NCBI RefSeq assembly: GCF_000143415.4
Contig: NW_003314414.1
Location: 215,626-279,625 of the forward strand
Reading direction: 5' to 3'
DNA from: Selaginella moellendorffii
Taxonomy: Eukaryota > Plantae > Lycopodiophyta
DNA length: 64,000 bases
Below the pieces are notes generated by a model, which saw only the letters and a list, made by a program, of their open reading frames with translations, did not search any database and had not been told where the DNA came from. Of this stretch, positions 46,499 to 63,535 are shown in pieces. Positions within the stretch are counted from its first letter, which is position 1, and every line of letters starts with the position of its first letter. The position numbers were made by a program, and so were the translations under genes.

Positions 46499-49058
46499 TC
46501 AGTTTCTCTCAGCTCGTATAAATGCAGCCATCCACTCACGCGCCCTCGCTTTCTTGCTGAAACTGTCATCCAAGAGGTAGATCGACGAGCTGACCATGGT
46601 CTCGCTCGCAGATTTCCTCATGCCCACTTGCAAGGAGAAAGAAAAGCTCTCTCCTTGCTCACTTGGTGCAACACTGACTGCACTGTAGTCAAGGCCTTCC
46701 CAGATCTTGTTTGCCCGCTTGCTGCTACGCATATCCAAGCTGTTAGCACGTCCCAACTTTGGAACAGCAGGCCGTTTCACTACCTCTCCGTCTTGTGCAG
46801 CTGCGGCATCCGGGTTGCTTCGAGGAGCGGCTTCCTCTTTGGCAGCCTGCCCGCTGTCGGCGTCGCTCTCGAGGGACATCAAGAACTTGGCGGCAGACGC
46901 CGTCCTCATGAGCGGCCCGCCAGCCTTGGTCCAAGACAGGTTGCTAAATTCCTCCGCTCCACTGTCGCTGTCGCTGCCGTCGTGGTTGTGCCGCATAGGC
47001 CTCAATCTGCGCAGTGACGGGCCGCCCCAGGGCCCTCCCGCTTGCAAGGTCCCCTCTATGCTGTCCTCGTCCAGCGAGCCCCAGGAGCTCTCGCGGGCCA
47101 GGCAGTTCCACGACGGTATTCTCTTGGTGGCGGAGAAGCGAGAGGAGAAGACGCCAGGCGCGTGAGCGGAGTTGCGCTCGGCGTCCCTCTGAGCCTTGCG
47201 CCTGCGGCTGAGCTCCGCTACGCACTCGTCTAGCATCAACTCGATCCCACAGTTGGCCTCTATCGCGGACAGCTTTTCCCACGTGCAGCGCCGGCCTTGC
47301 ATCACAGCCTTCCTGAGCTCCGAGGGCGTCGGGTTCTGAATAAGCTTGGCGAACTGCATGCACAACAGAATAGACTGTTTCCCATCCATCCATCCGCAGA
47401 AAATGTTGTTACCTGAGCAAATGTAGCAGGCATGACAATGGTGACATCTCCCTCCCAGTCTTGGGCAAAGAGCTTGGCAAGGCCAAAGAGATGGAACCCC
47501 ATCTCCAGCACCTGCCTGCACCTGTGCTTCACCTCCATCTCAGCCAGATGCGCCAGCTGCATTCCATACACGCACACACGACGATTATATGTTTGCACGC
47601 ACCAATACACTTGGCAGTTACCTTTGCAGCGAAGTCGCCACCATAGGCCCTCACCAGCTCCTTGAGCCGCAAGAGCGGAGCAATGTGCGGATTGGCCTGG
47701 CTCACAATGAAATGGTTGACGTTGAACAGCTCCTTGAGCTGCATCATGGGCAAGTCGCTCTCCAGGCTGCCATCCCGCCACTGCCTGTTGCTGATGTTGT
47801 GATCCTCGGGGCCAACCTGTGACAGGGTGTGGTATGGCACAAGCCTGCCCTGCCTGTCCTTTGCCATGAGCTCCTGCGCCTCAAACAGGCCCGGGAAAGC
47901 ACAGGAAGCGGTGACAGCGCTCCAGATAACAACGTGGGGCGAGCTGAGGTAGTTCAAGCACCGGGGTGGCTCGTGGCGGCGGGGGGAGCACACCGAGATG
48001 CCCAGGACACGGCCAGAGAGATCATATGCCTCCTGGAACGTGAGGTCGCCAATGAGCTGCCGCATCTTCCTCTGGAGCAGGCCGATCTCGTGAACTGCGC
48101 CGCGTGTGAGCAGCCTGTGTGCCGTCTTGAAGATGCTCCCCATGGACTCGAAGAAGTGCATGGGTGGCATGGGGTCGTCGAAGAAGCTCTGGAGCTCCGG
48201 CCACGTCCTGGTGGCGGCGAAGGAGCAGAGGATGGAGCCAACGCTGGCACCCGCCACCACCCTGGGCAGGAGGCGGTGCTCGATCAGGGTCCTCACCACG
48301 CCCAGGTGGAAGGCCCCCAGGGCCGCGCCTCCGCTCAGCAGCAGCGCCGTGCGCCCAAACCCGTGCCTCGTCTCGTGGATGAAGGCGATCTTCTCCTCGA
48401 GCGAGAACTCGTCCGAGTCGGTCTCGCAGATGGCGCGGAGGTGGTAGCACACCTCGTTGATGTACTCCTGGATGACGCGCGGGGTCTGGAGGCGGCCCTT
48501 GTGCAGCTCCGGGTTGCACATGTTGCCCAGGTTGCGCACCAGGTCGGCGCGCAGGCAGAAGAGGATGTCCTCCACGCCCGCCTTCATCCGCCGCAGCTTG
48601 AGCTCGTTGAGCTTGGCGCGCACCAGCTCCTCGTCGTACAGGTCCGAGTCCTTGCGCCGCCGGCGGCAGTAGTTGTCCTTGTCCAGCATGCTGGCGGCGT
48701 GCGTCCACTCCTCGTACGTCAGGGCCGACTGCATCATGTTGCTCCAGAACTTCCTCCGGAACACGAGCTCCGCCTTGGTGGATTCCAGGCGCGCGCGGCG
48801 GATGGCGTAGCCCACGCACAGCACCGCCGCCAGCAGCACGCTGGGCCGCCGGGGGTTGAACCACGACAGCACCCAGCCGACGAGTAGCATGGCCAGGCGC
48901 TTGCATTTCCGGACGTGAGCCAAGGCGCGCAAGCCCAGCACCTCCACCACCTCCTTGGCCGAGCGGCACAGCAGCACCTTGAGCGCCACAGCGCGGCCCA
49001 GAGCAGTGGATGGCCCGATTGGGAAGAGCACCAGCCCCGCCTCGTCGCTCGACTCCAT
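46499..49058 (-). CDS. SDP1: Patatin-domain triacylglycerol lipase SUGAR-DEPENDENT1-like
   Basis: [35 protein letters not shown]. The 3' end is approximate. Confidence 0.9.
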
Positions 49059-49212
49059 ACCTCCTTACCTGTGATGGATCGAGCTAAGCCCTAATGCCCT
49101 TTCTCCCCTTGTACCTAGGCTATATACACACGCAACTCCCACGCTGTCGTCTTTCCCAACTTTCCCTCATACATACATAAATACCAACACTTTGTATCAT
49201 ACATTATTAGAG

Positions 49213-51665
49213 CTAGGCTTGCGCGGCGCCAACTTGGCCTGCGCTTGGCTCCTCGGCCACGTCCTTGTTGTTCCACAGTGCTCCCAGCTCTTTCCTTATC
49301 CATCCCAGCAGCACCACAATGCCTACGCCAGGTTATAGAGGTTACACTCAAATACTTCGGGAATGTTATCAAGACTCACCTAGAGTGCAGGGAACGATGT
49401 AGAGCAGCGCCGGCTGGCCATGGCCGTCCATCAGGTTGAGAGCAACGTAAGTTAGCATGAGTCCTGCGCGCAGAACATAGAAACAGATTTGAGGCAAAGA
49501 TTTATTCGATGCAGAGATAATCCACGTACCCAGGCCATAGCCGACCGTTGTCCACAAGAAGTATCCCCCGGAAAGGCTCTTCTTGTTGGCCCAATCGAAC
49601 CTGCCGGCACACCAGTTACCTCACTTGCTTGAGCTAATCTAAACAAACAATAAAGGGCACCTGAGTGTGAATGACACCAACAAGCCCGGCAGAAGTATAT
49701 CGCCAAACCCGATGATGGAGTAGCCTCCCCAGGGATCGTAGAAGCGCGGGACCCTGAGCAGCATTGGGATGCTCTCCCCTCCACTCTTATCTCCCCTAGC
49801 CACCTGCAAAGGAGAACATTCCACCAAAAGAGGTAAAACGAACAGATAGTCGGAGCTTACATACCACGATCATAACGCTCTCTTTGAAAATGTATGGAGA
49901 TATGAAGACCCAAAAGATATCATACAGAAACGCACAGCTCAACAAAACCGTGGAAACCTGTAAAACAGCACAGCTACGACCTTGGAACGGAGGAAACCAG
50001 AGAGTTACCTTAATGTTTGGCAAGCGAACAACTTGCAAGACGGTCAGGATCAATGCTACACCCTGGTGAAAACAGCTTCCAGTAGTAAATAGCCAGAGAA
50101 TTAAGACAAGAGGCTCTCACCAATACGTCTTGGCCAACCCAGGCCACATGAGCGTGCCTATACACAGCCCATATTACAGAAAAGGCCACACAGATGGGAA
50201 ACACCACGACAGAAAGGGAACTGACAGTCCCCAGGATTGGAATGGTTATGTGCCGCGTACCAACACCAGGAAATAACCTGTAAATCGCCTCGCCACAGGA
50301 TGCTGGTTCAAAGAGAAGTAGCAGCTGATAGCGAATATGCCTCACCTGGATAGCAGTGTTACGAGGCACGTTTGTAATCCCTGCAAAAGGAGCAAGTAAG
50401 ACTCTAAAACATCATCAGTCTGATGTTACATTACCTCAGCACCGCCAATGCAAAACAAGACAACGAGCAGCATTAGAAACCAGTTGGACATAAATAAGTA
50501 GAGCAGAAGCAGGAAGACAGACGCAAGGATCAAAAAGCACACCGCCGATGCGATGCTGATATCCACCACTTCCTTGTCGTCGGAATCGTCCTTTGTGCGA
50601 GACGCTGCAGAAGCCTCCTGCAAATAAACCCCGTTGCGAACAAAGAATAATGCAAAGACGTAATCAACACCTTCAAGCGCTTGTACCGCCCGCTTCCTAC
50701 GTCGTTGGCAGTGCATGCGGACCACAGGGACGCGCCGATCACGGTCGCAACCGCAAGACACCACAAGAAGAGCTCGCCAAGGTCAACAACAGGCCGCACT
50801 GGTGAATACAGGAGCAGCTTCACTGTGGCATACACAAGACAGGTCAGGGGCGGCACAGTGATTCATCGCACGTACCGCTTTGGCTCGATTGCAAAGCAGA
50901 CTCCAAGCTTTCTCCTGCTGATCTGGGGATCATAATAGCTGGAATTGTTATGTCTGCGAAAGTGTCGTTCTCAAAGCAGACCATCTTGTAAAGCTCTGTC
51001 AAGTAAGAGAACAAGGACCTGTCAAACACAAGCTCTCACGACAGACGAAAACATCCATAAGATGTAACCCCGAACCTTCTCGGTCGTTTGAGATGAGAAC
51101 AGCCGAGGCACCAGCCTGCTGCGCAATCCTTGCCTTGGTGGTGAAAGTGCAGTTCCCCCTTTCAGCCAGGAGTATGTTCCCTGCATGCTATAACAAGCGA
51201 ACAAGTATTACGAGAGACCGCGGGACGAGGAGACACACCTTGACACCGCCGGGATTGGAGCAACAGTCGATGGGATCCGCTCGCGAGAGGGAAGTGACAT
51301 GAGCTTTGTCAGCTCGCGCTGCGACGGGCCCCCCAAACCTGGCTGTGATGCCGACATAGTCACTTGCGGGGACGTTGTCAATCCAGTTTCTGATCTTGAC
51401 CTGGGAGATTCTCAGCAAAGCAATCCAATTCTCTCAAACGCGGCAGCTTTGCTTACCAGCACGAACTTGTTGTCGCAGCCGGGGTGTTTTGGAGCATCCA
51501 CGTCGTCGTAAGAGATCTCGTCCGCGCGAGTGTGGTCAGTGGCGATGATCACCAGCAGCAGCACCAGAAAATGCGCCCCTCTAGCCTGCAGCAAATCGGA
51601 GAAGCGCACTCGCTAGAGCAGCGTGCCCATGGTGTGTCATGGTGGCTTACCCATCGTGGAGCCAT
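49213..51665 (-). CDS. Signal peptide peptidase-like aspartic protease with PA domain (SPPL), multi-exon
   Basis: [20 protein letters not shown] (YD), [10 protein letters not shown] (GxGD), [10 protein letters not shown]. Confidence 0.92.
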
Positions 51666-51754
51666 CGGACGCGATCGATGCCCTTGCCCTAGGACACAAC
51701 TCTGACTTTGCACACGGTAAGATACCTAATACAGAGGAGCATTATATTTCCACA

Positions 51755-53122
51755 TTACATTGCGTGGGTGTCTGCTAAATGGCGAGCTCGGAGCTCCAGG
51801 CTAGAGCTGACCCACAGCTTGCGCTCCCGCCGCTCCTTCTGCCTCCAGTTCTTGGCTCTCTTGGGTGCCAAGCGCTCGTCCCTTGCGGCAAATGCCATCC
51901 TGAAGAGCTCGGCCTTGGAGATAGAGATCTCGCCCAAGCCTAGAGCAGCGGCTTGGCTCGGGCTGCATCTCACCTCCCATGCCGATGGAGATATGTCTTC
52001 CACGAGCTGCTCGTCTAAAACAGTGCTTGGTAGAGCTTCTCTGGGGACACGGGCATGCTTGGACGACGCCATCCCGGGGTTGACAACAACGCGTGGGCAC
52101 TCGAGCTCCACGGTTTGTCTCGACTCGCCATCGATCGCAGGCTGGAAGTGCACACAAGAGGATCAACTTTGGCAAGCGCGAGCTTCAAACGGTCCAGCTT
52201 ACCCACACAATCCATCGTAACTCCTGCGCACCACTCCCAACCGCCACTGCATCCAAATCTTCCCAGCTCTCCTCAACTTGGTTGCGCACTCTCAAGCCCG
52301 GCAGCACGCACGGGAGTGCTAGCCTCGCAGCTCTATTGCTAAGGTGTGTGCCGCTGCTCAACATCACGTAGCGTTCAGCTTCCAACAGCTCATGAAAACC
52401 AAAGGCCTGCAAGCAAGCTTACCCACATCTCAGAGTTTCAAGAGCCGGGCAGCACTCGACGATCGTTCTAATGGACTCCGCCGTAAGGCTGCTGCAGCGG
52501 CTGTGTGCCATATTTGCGTTTGCAAATGAAAGAGAAGGCGAGTGTAAGCAGAAAAGAGTATGTCTTCTCTCGAAAGCCTCTCTTCCTTACCTTACGTCGA
52601 CTGCTCTCAACCTGGAGCAAATCTTTGCTGCCTGATGAATGCCTGTGTCAGTTACATCGGAGCCGGACACATCCAGGATCTCCCATGCCGTATCCGCCAG
52701 AGGAACCAGAAGCCTGTCACACAGCAATCCCCTCCTCCGCGCGATAGCCACCAATTGCAACTGTGGTTGACGGAGCACAACACTCCACAACTGATGGCTT
52801 GGGAAAACTTGCAAAATCCCACCTTGACAGACACTGGAAGAAGCGGTGCAATTAAGTCCAAGTCGTCAACAATGTCGTCTAGGTAGCAGCCGATGCTAGC
52901 GACGCACAAGCTTAGCAGGCTTTTGGGCCCTTTCTTGTGCTTGTTGCCTGTCATGCGATCGTAATCGTAGTGAATGGAGCACTCTAATGCAAGGGGACGG
53001 ATACCTGGAGCACAATTGGAAGGCGTAAGAGCTGAAATGGAGGAGGGCTTCCGAGCAGCACCAGCAGCAGCTGGCTCCTTACGAGTCGGTGGCGGTGGCG
53101 GTGGAATCTCCTGCTTGTCCAT
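51755..53122 (-). CDS. RNI-like/LRR protein (AMN1-like), multi-exon
   Basis: SLLSLCVASIG, AIARRRGLL...WEILDVSGSDVTD, and C-terminal ISKAELFRMAF..RDERLAPKRAKN. Confidence 0.75.
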
Positions 53123-53244
53123 CAACAAGTTCCAATCAACCCTAAGTTCTGAAATTCTCTTTCATCAATGTGGAATGCAAAGCAGAGATACAAAGCCGCG
53201 AGTTTTATTCAAGCCGAAGACGAGATGCTCGATCGAAACAAGTT

Positions 53245-54156
53245 CTAGTGTTTGCTGTCCTGTGCAGCAGCGTGCCTGCTGGGCACTGGATTGCTGGCGG
53301 CGTCGCCCGCGCCCAGCATGTCGTGCAGCAGCATTCGAGCTCGGAGTAGCAGGGCAGTCGGGGAGTCGAGAGCGGGCCTCACGTCGATGGAAAACGGCCA
53401 GCGGTTGCTCTCCGACGCAGCATCGTCGTAGTAAAAGTCGATCACATACCTCATCTCCCGCCCGCCCCGGTCCACGGTCCAGTCGTGGCGGTCAAACGGC
53501 TGGCCATAGCCAAGGAGCTTCTTCAAGCGCGCCTTTGGAGACAGGTCGTGGGGGCGGCCCCTGAAGTGGAGCAGCCGCGGCTCGTCCTTGGAAGACTCGG
53601 GGAACAAGCGCCCATACGCCTGCTCCCACTGCAGCAGCCTCGCCCAGGTGCCCTCGTTGACAGCGTTGTGCGTGGTCACAACAGCCGCCATGTCCTTCTC
53701 CGTCACGTCGTCCGCCTTGTTCTTCCTCACCAGGCTGTTGTAGAACATCTGCTGGGACGGGTACACCCACGTCTCGTCCGTGCCCGCCTTGGGGATGCTG
53801 GATACCTGGCGGAAGGTTGGCAGCTCCTCCTTCTGGCCCGGCGCTCGCCGCTGGTTGGGCTGCAGGGGCATGCTGTTGGCCGGATTCATCGCCTCCCATT
53901 GCCCGCCGTAGTACAAGTGCCGCGGCATCCTCCACACGTCCCTCTCCCTCCTCGCCTCCTCGTCGATCCGCCTCCCATAGACGTCGTACACATGCGGATG
54001 CTTGTAAGCAGCCCCTCTGCCGGAGGCGGGGCACTGGCCCTGTCCAGCGCTGCTGCAGGGCGGCGGCGCGGGCGGAGCGCCCGTCACGGGGCAATCGGCG
54101 GAAGGAAAGAACCTGTAGTAGAGATCGTGGACCCTCTCCGGGATGCTCTTCTCCAT
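53245..54156 (-). CDS. HCCS: Holocytochrome c synthase (cytochrome c heme lyase, System III), intronless
   Basis: CPV heme-regulatory motif, SSIPK, WVYPSQQMFYNSLVRK, HNAVNEGTW, PFDRHDW, RYVIDFY, IDVRPALDS. Confidence 0.95.
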   Translation of the reverse strand: MEKSIPERVHDLYYRFFPSADCPVTGAPPAPPPCSSAGQGQCPASGRGAAYKHPHVYDVYGRRIDEEARRERDVWRMPRHLYYGGQWEAMNPANSMPLQPNQRRAPGQKEELPTFRQVSSIPKAGTDETWVYPSQQMFYNSLVRKNKADDVTEKDMAAVVTTHNAVNEGTWARLLQWEQAYGRLFPESSKDEPRLLHFRGRPHDLSPKARLKKLLGYGQPFDRHDWTVDRGGREMRYVIDFYYDDAASESNRWPFSIDVRPALDSPTALLLRARMLLHDMLGAGDAASNPVPSRHAAAQDSKH

Positions 54157-54220
54157 CTCTCGCTGCAAAGCCCTAAAAAGATTCTCCAGGAGTTAGGGCT
54201 CCTCCCCATTTTAACAGGCC

Positions 54221-55486
54221 ATGAGCATCATCGACATGCTCGTCCGGGTGGACGCCATCTGCAAGAAGTTTGACAAGTATGATCCGTCCAAGCAGCACAA
54301 GGACCTCATTATCAACCCGGACGACCACTTCTTGCAGCTCTACACCACAATGGAGGCCGAGATCGAAGCTACCGTCAAGGTGCGCTCGCCATGCCCTCCC
54401 ACCCTCCGTTGACTTGCACGCACAGAAAGCGAACGAGGCCGCCGAGGAAAAGAACAGAGCCGCTGTCGCCACCATGAATGCAGAGATACGACGGACCAAG
54501 GCAGCTCTGCGCGAAGAGATCCCGAAGCTCGAGAGGCTGGCCAAGAAGAAGGTGGAACAACCCAACCGTCTCTAATAACTCAACCATTCTCTGCTCCATT
54601 CCCACTCCGTCTTGCTCTCCTCAAGGTGAAAGCACTATCTCCGGAGGATCTTGCCGCCCGTCCAGACCTTGTTGTTGCCCTGGCAGCCAGAATCGATGAC
54701 ATCCCCGAAGGCACCATGATGGGGGCCAAGAAGAAGAAGAAGATCGACAAGTCACACATTGAGATCAAGATCGACTCTGCCGCCGCTGGTACATACTTGT
54801 GATCGATACGGACAACTCTAACCTCTGGAGCTGCAGACGAAGCTTTCAGCTCCGAGAGGTACGAACACACGGCGGAGTCAGCAGCCTACCAGGAAGAGTT
54901 TCAACACAGAAAGAACAAGCAGGTATCCTAAGCCTTTGTTGTCTCGGATGGTGCTTTGTAACTCTGTATACTTTGGAACCTCCAGGACCAAAACCTCGAC
55001 ATCATTTCGGAAGGCTTGTCGACGCTCAAAAACATGGCGGAAGATATCAGTGAGGTTCTGTGCTGCGCCCTGTCCCCACTAGTGTCATCTCAGAACCCGC
55101 ATGCGCCTGTCTCAGGAGCTCGACAAGCAAGATCCCATGGTCGGCGAAATGGAAGAGAAGGTAAACGCTGCTATGTCCAGCGCAATGTCTAATTGGACCT
55201 GGATGGTTACTGTCAGTAGATTGATAAAGCAACGGGGGACCTGACCAAGAACAATGCGAGAATGAAAGAGGTGGTGTCGAAGGTAATCTCTTTCTCCTCT
55301 TTCTTTTGGTGACTCTGCTCATTTCCTCAGTTGACAGATCCGATCGGGAAGGAACTTCTGCATTGACGTTATACTGCTTTGCGTCCTCTTGGGCATAGCT
55401 GCCTATATCTACAAGTAAATACCAGCCTAGCAAAACTTCTTTGCACAGGACTGACACCGTCCATGACCAGGGTGCTCAAGAAATGA
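54221..55486 (+). CDS. Syntaxin of plants 7 family (SYP71-like Qc-SNARE), multi-exon
   Basis: MSIIDMLVRVDAICKKFDKYD, NRAAVATMNAEIRRTKA, and a C-terminal TM segment RNFCIDVILLCVLLGIAAYIYK. Confidence 0.9.
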
Positions 55487-55868
55487 TCATGTTTTGGGAG
55501 GTTGGCAATTTTTACATTTCTATTGGTTTGCTGGATTGCTCACGCTCTTCAATTTGGCCTCCACCAGTGCCAGTGTGGCGTCCATTCGCAAGATCCTCCT
55601 GTTCGACATCACTTTTATCAACATAGTGCAGAAGAAACGCCAGGATTTTTACTGGTGTAAATGACTGAGCCTTGTGTCACACGCGCTCGAGACCTTGTTG
55701 AGGAGCTCCACCGTGTTGATTATAAAGACATTCACCTGATACATCAGATTGTCACTGATTTCATTCACACTGCCTACCAGAAAGAGCGTCCGCTGGTCCA
55801 CCTCGTGCTGCATCTCAATGAAATCCAAAGCCCTAGGTGAGCAAAACAGCTCTTACTTATTTCTTGTG

Positions 55869-58456
55869 CTACCACTGGAACTTGGCGGCCAGCAGCACCT
55901 CCTCGTACTGCTGCGCGGCGTGATCCCAGCTCAAGTCCTGCTTCATGCCCCTCAGCTGAATCCCCCTCCAGCTCTCCTTGTAGTCCCTGTACGTCCACAT
56001 CGCATTCCCGATCGCATGCGTCATGGCCGACGCCTCCGCCCGATCAAACGTCCAGCCCAGCCCCGAGTTCGTGAAGGGATCAAAGGGCGTCACCGTGTCC
56101 CGGAGGCCCCCGACGGCATGCACCACGGGCACCGTGCCATACCTCATGGCGTAGAGCTGGTTGAGGCCGCACGGCTCGAAACGCGATGGCATGAGCAGGA
56201 TGTCCACGCCGGCAGTGATCCGGTGCGCAGTCTTGACCGAGAATCCCACCCATCCACGCACCTTGTCCCGGTGCTTGGCCTCAAACGAGCGTAGTAGCTC
56301 CTCCAGGTCGGGCCTGCCCGTTCCCAGCAGCACCAACTGGACGTCGTGGCCCATCATCCACGGTATCGCCTCGGCGATGATGTCCACGCCCTTCTGGTAG
56401 TCGAGCCTCCCAATGAATCCCAGCAGCGGCACGTCGGGTCGCACCGGGAGTCCCAGCTCCTTTTGCAGCGCCGCCTTGCAAGCGGCTTTCCCAGTCTCGA
56501 GGCTCGCGCTGCTGTACTGCTTGTAGCCATCGCCGACGAGGCACTTGTCCACCTCGGGGTTCCACTCCGAGTCGTCAATGCCGTTAACCACGCCCTTGAG
56601 CTTCCACGAGTTCTCTCGCATCACGCTGTCCAGCCCCCAGCCGCCTTCCTGAGTCTGGCACTCCCAAGCGTAGCCATGGCTCACCGCAATCACTCGGTGT
56701 GCCGTGAGGATACCCGCCATGAAGATGTTCATGTGTTCCCCTCCGATTGGATCGTAGAGAGCAAACTTGTCCCGGAAGTGGTCTGGCAGCCCAAGCTTTC
56801 CGAAGTCACTCAGAGGCCCACGTCCCTGAATGCAGGACACCAAAGTTTACGAGGGATGTGCTAGAAAAGAAACAAAAGCACCTGATGCGCAATGTTGTGA
56901 ATGACCAAGACAGAGCGCGTATACTGCATGAGCTGATTGTCACGGTAGTACGCCTGCAGGTAAACGGGCAGCAGAGCCGTGTGCCAGTCGTTTGCAATAA
57001 ACACGAGGTTCCCATCCCCGTAGCAGACGCCACCGCAAGGGACATGCCACGGAATCTACAAGAAGCAAAGACCACCACTAGTACTCTCCACGTTTGCGAG
57101 TGCTATACTGACCTCAACAGCCGCTTTACACAGGAGAATCATGCGAGCCAGTACGTCCTGACAAAGATAAACAGCAAAACATGAGTCTTTCCAGTTTGCT
57201 ACTCACATCCTGCTCACCTCCCTGGAGCCGCCATAGATGTCGTGACACCAGCCATGGAACACAGGCGAGTCCACAAACACAAAGTCCACACCATCGATGT
57301 AGGCATGAAAGTAGCCAACTTCCATGTCCTGAAAAAATCAGATTTTGTCTACGACAAGAGTGGATGACCAGCGAAATATTGTCACACCGTACCTGTCCAG
57401 CTACGTTATACACCTTTCGCACACCCGTCTCCCATGCTTCGACGTAATTCTTGTAACGAGGAGCGACAGCCTGCAACCATGGAACGCACAAGTCAGTCGG
57501 GAAGGCCGTCGAGATGAATACCGACCATAACACGGTGACCCCTCCGTGCCAACGCCTTTGGTAATGCCCCCACGACATCGCCAAGCCCACCTGTATATCC
57601 GTGCGTTAGTCGGCCGATCCAGGTGATCGAGGAAAAGCTCGAGCTTACCGGTCTTAGACCACGGTGCGCACTCGCACGCCACAATGACCACATTCATGAC
57701 ATTGGTTCCGGCCAGTGGCGGTGCCTCATCCAAAACTTTCTTCTGGATGGGTGATCCAGAGCCGGCTCTGGCCTCGTCCAAGCCGGAGCCAGGGGGACGA
57801 ACCACCCGCGGTTCTGCCGGTACAAGTACCGAAGGTGAAGGTGCCGGGCTTGATTGAGGAGGCCGCATTGACTGCGGCGGCCAAGCACCGATTCCAGGTA
57901 CACTTGCCGGACTGACTTCTCCATCGCTAGGCTCGAATGGACTGGAGTTTTCCTTCTCTTTCGTGGTACCAAACTCCTGCGTCAAGGTGTTGAGGAGCTT
58001 CTTTCGTTCGGTGACCTGCGAGAAAGCAGTGGAGTTGGCGAGAGAGATTGGCATACAAACAATGTAGCAAACTTTAGAAGAGGAGAATGGTTTGCCTGCC
58101 TGTTCAAGAAGCTCCTTTTGCAAAGCCAGTAGCCTCTGACCCTCGTCGACTGCTGCTCGCACGCTGGCATCCTCAGCATTTTGACCGGCTTCACCACCAT
58201 TTCTATCCGCCGCTCTCACGATCCACAGCTTCCCAGACCTTGCCAGTCCATGGCCCCTCCAGCTCCAGCAGCGCAATGCAGCCCTGTCCACAGCGCCACA
58301 GCCACTCGCTGACGCTCCATCGTCCTCGCCGGGCGGGCGATTCCTCCTCTTCCAGTTGTGCGGCGAACAAGGAGAGGAGAAATGGCGGCGATCGGCTGCG
58401 ACGCCGGCGGCAGCGGCAGCGGTGACAATGGGCACGACCACGGCCGAGGGTGCCAT
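55869..58456 (-). CDS. SSII: Soluble starch synthase II, chloroplastic, multi-exon
   Basis: [51 protein letters not shown], terminal AKFQW. Confidence 0.93.
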
Positions 58457-58554
58457 CCTCGATCTCTCACTCGCTCATCTCTCCGCCCGTGTGCTTTTGC
58501 CCTCGGCCCTCCATGGCCACACATGAGCTAGGTTTAGGGCTCGCTTCCTCCGCC

Positions 58555-62138
<3,584 letters not shown>

Positions 62139-62187
62139 TATAGCACATACTTGTCTCTGCACCGTGTCAAAAACTGTATAAAATTGC

Positions 62188-63449
62188 TCACTTGAGAAGC
62201 TGCGCTTGTCGCAATTGATCTACAACACCTTTGGACTTCTCTCCTTTCTCAGTTCTTAGTACCTGCTCATTGACACGAGTATATCAAGAATAAAAGACAC
62301 AAGAAAAACCTCCTTACCTTGTCAATGAGTCCATAATCAACAGCCTCGTCCGGGCTGAAGTACTTGGGACGACGGATGTCCTCCTCGATCTTGTCTGCAG
62401 GTTGGCCTGTATGCCTCTCTAAAAGCTCAACCTGGAGCCCAAAGGCTTCGTTAGTCACGTGATAGAAAAAAAGAAAAACATATCCATCCATCCTCTTACG
62501 TACCAAGTCTTTTTTCAAGTTGCGAACTTCTCTGCGTGCAATATCGATGTCAGTAGCCTGCCCCCGAAACTGTGCAATAGGCTGCCATGCTCAATCCAAA
62601 TGGAAGGAATCAGTGCCTCCAGAAATAAAAGAAAAACGAAGAGAAAGCCGACCTCTTTGAGCATGATGGTGGTCGAAGGCAGCGCAGATCGATTTCCTTT
62701 TGCTCCAGCGGCTAGAAGCAACGCAGCCTCACCCCACGCATTCCCAACGCAGAGAGTGAATATCGGCGGCTTCACGTACCTGGGGACCAAAAGCTCCATG
62801 AGAAAAAAAAAAAAAAGACACAGACAATCACGCGAGACACTTACTGCATGGTGTCATACATTGCCAGCGCCTCCGTTTCATATCCCAACTTCTCTCCATC
62901 CTGACGAGCAAAGGAAACGAGTGAAGAATAACAGGAGGCATGGAAATACCTTGGTAGTGCCTGTCGAGTTGATGTACATGTAGATTGGTTTCTCGGGATC
63001 CACGAACTGCAAGTAGAGAAACTCTGCCATGATGAGCTCCGTGACTGCTGGAACAAGTGACATGCCCAGAAAGACAATCCTGTTGTGGAAGAGATAGGAT
63101 GGGAGATCGGGGGGCGGCTGTGCCGACGCGTCCCCTCGGACAAAAGGAATCACCTGTAAGAGAGAGTGTGTCAATTCAGAGGAGAGAAAGGAGTATCACT
63201 ACTGACCATGGTGACTACGCCTCTGCTACCGCGTTTCTTGGTAGAGGAGAGCAGCGGTGATGAGAGTGAGAGGCTCTGCCCAGCGAACAAGCAGCATCTA
63301 CTTCCTCCTACAAGCGGCTGGAAGAGCTCAGTTCCCAAACTAAGCCTCTTCTTGCCGCCCGCCACTGCCCCTCCAAACCCATCCTTCCTACCGCTGCTGC
63401 TTCCACACACAAACCAATTGCGCTGGCCGAGACTTGACAAGCCCGCCAT
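62188..63449 (-). CDS. CLPR4: Plastid Clp protease non-catalytic subunit ClpR4-like, multi-exon
   Basis: QPPPDLPSYLFHNRIVFLGMSLVPAVTELIMAEFLYLQ, YVKPPIFTLCVGNAWGEAALLL (no catalytic Ser). Confidence 0.88.
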
Positions 63450-63535
63450 TGAGCTACAAACCCTCCTCGGTTTTCCTTCTCCACATTATACTAAGCCTTA
63501 AAACACCCTACGCCCAAAACTTTCCTAGACATGGT

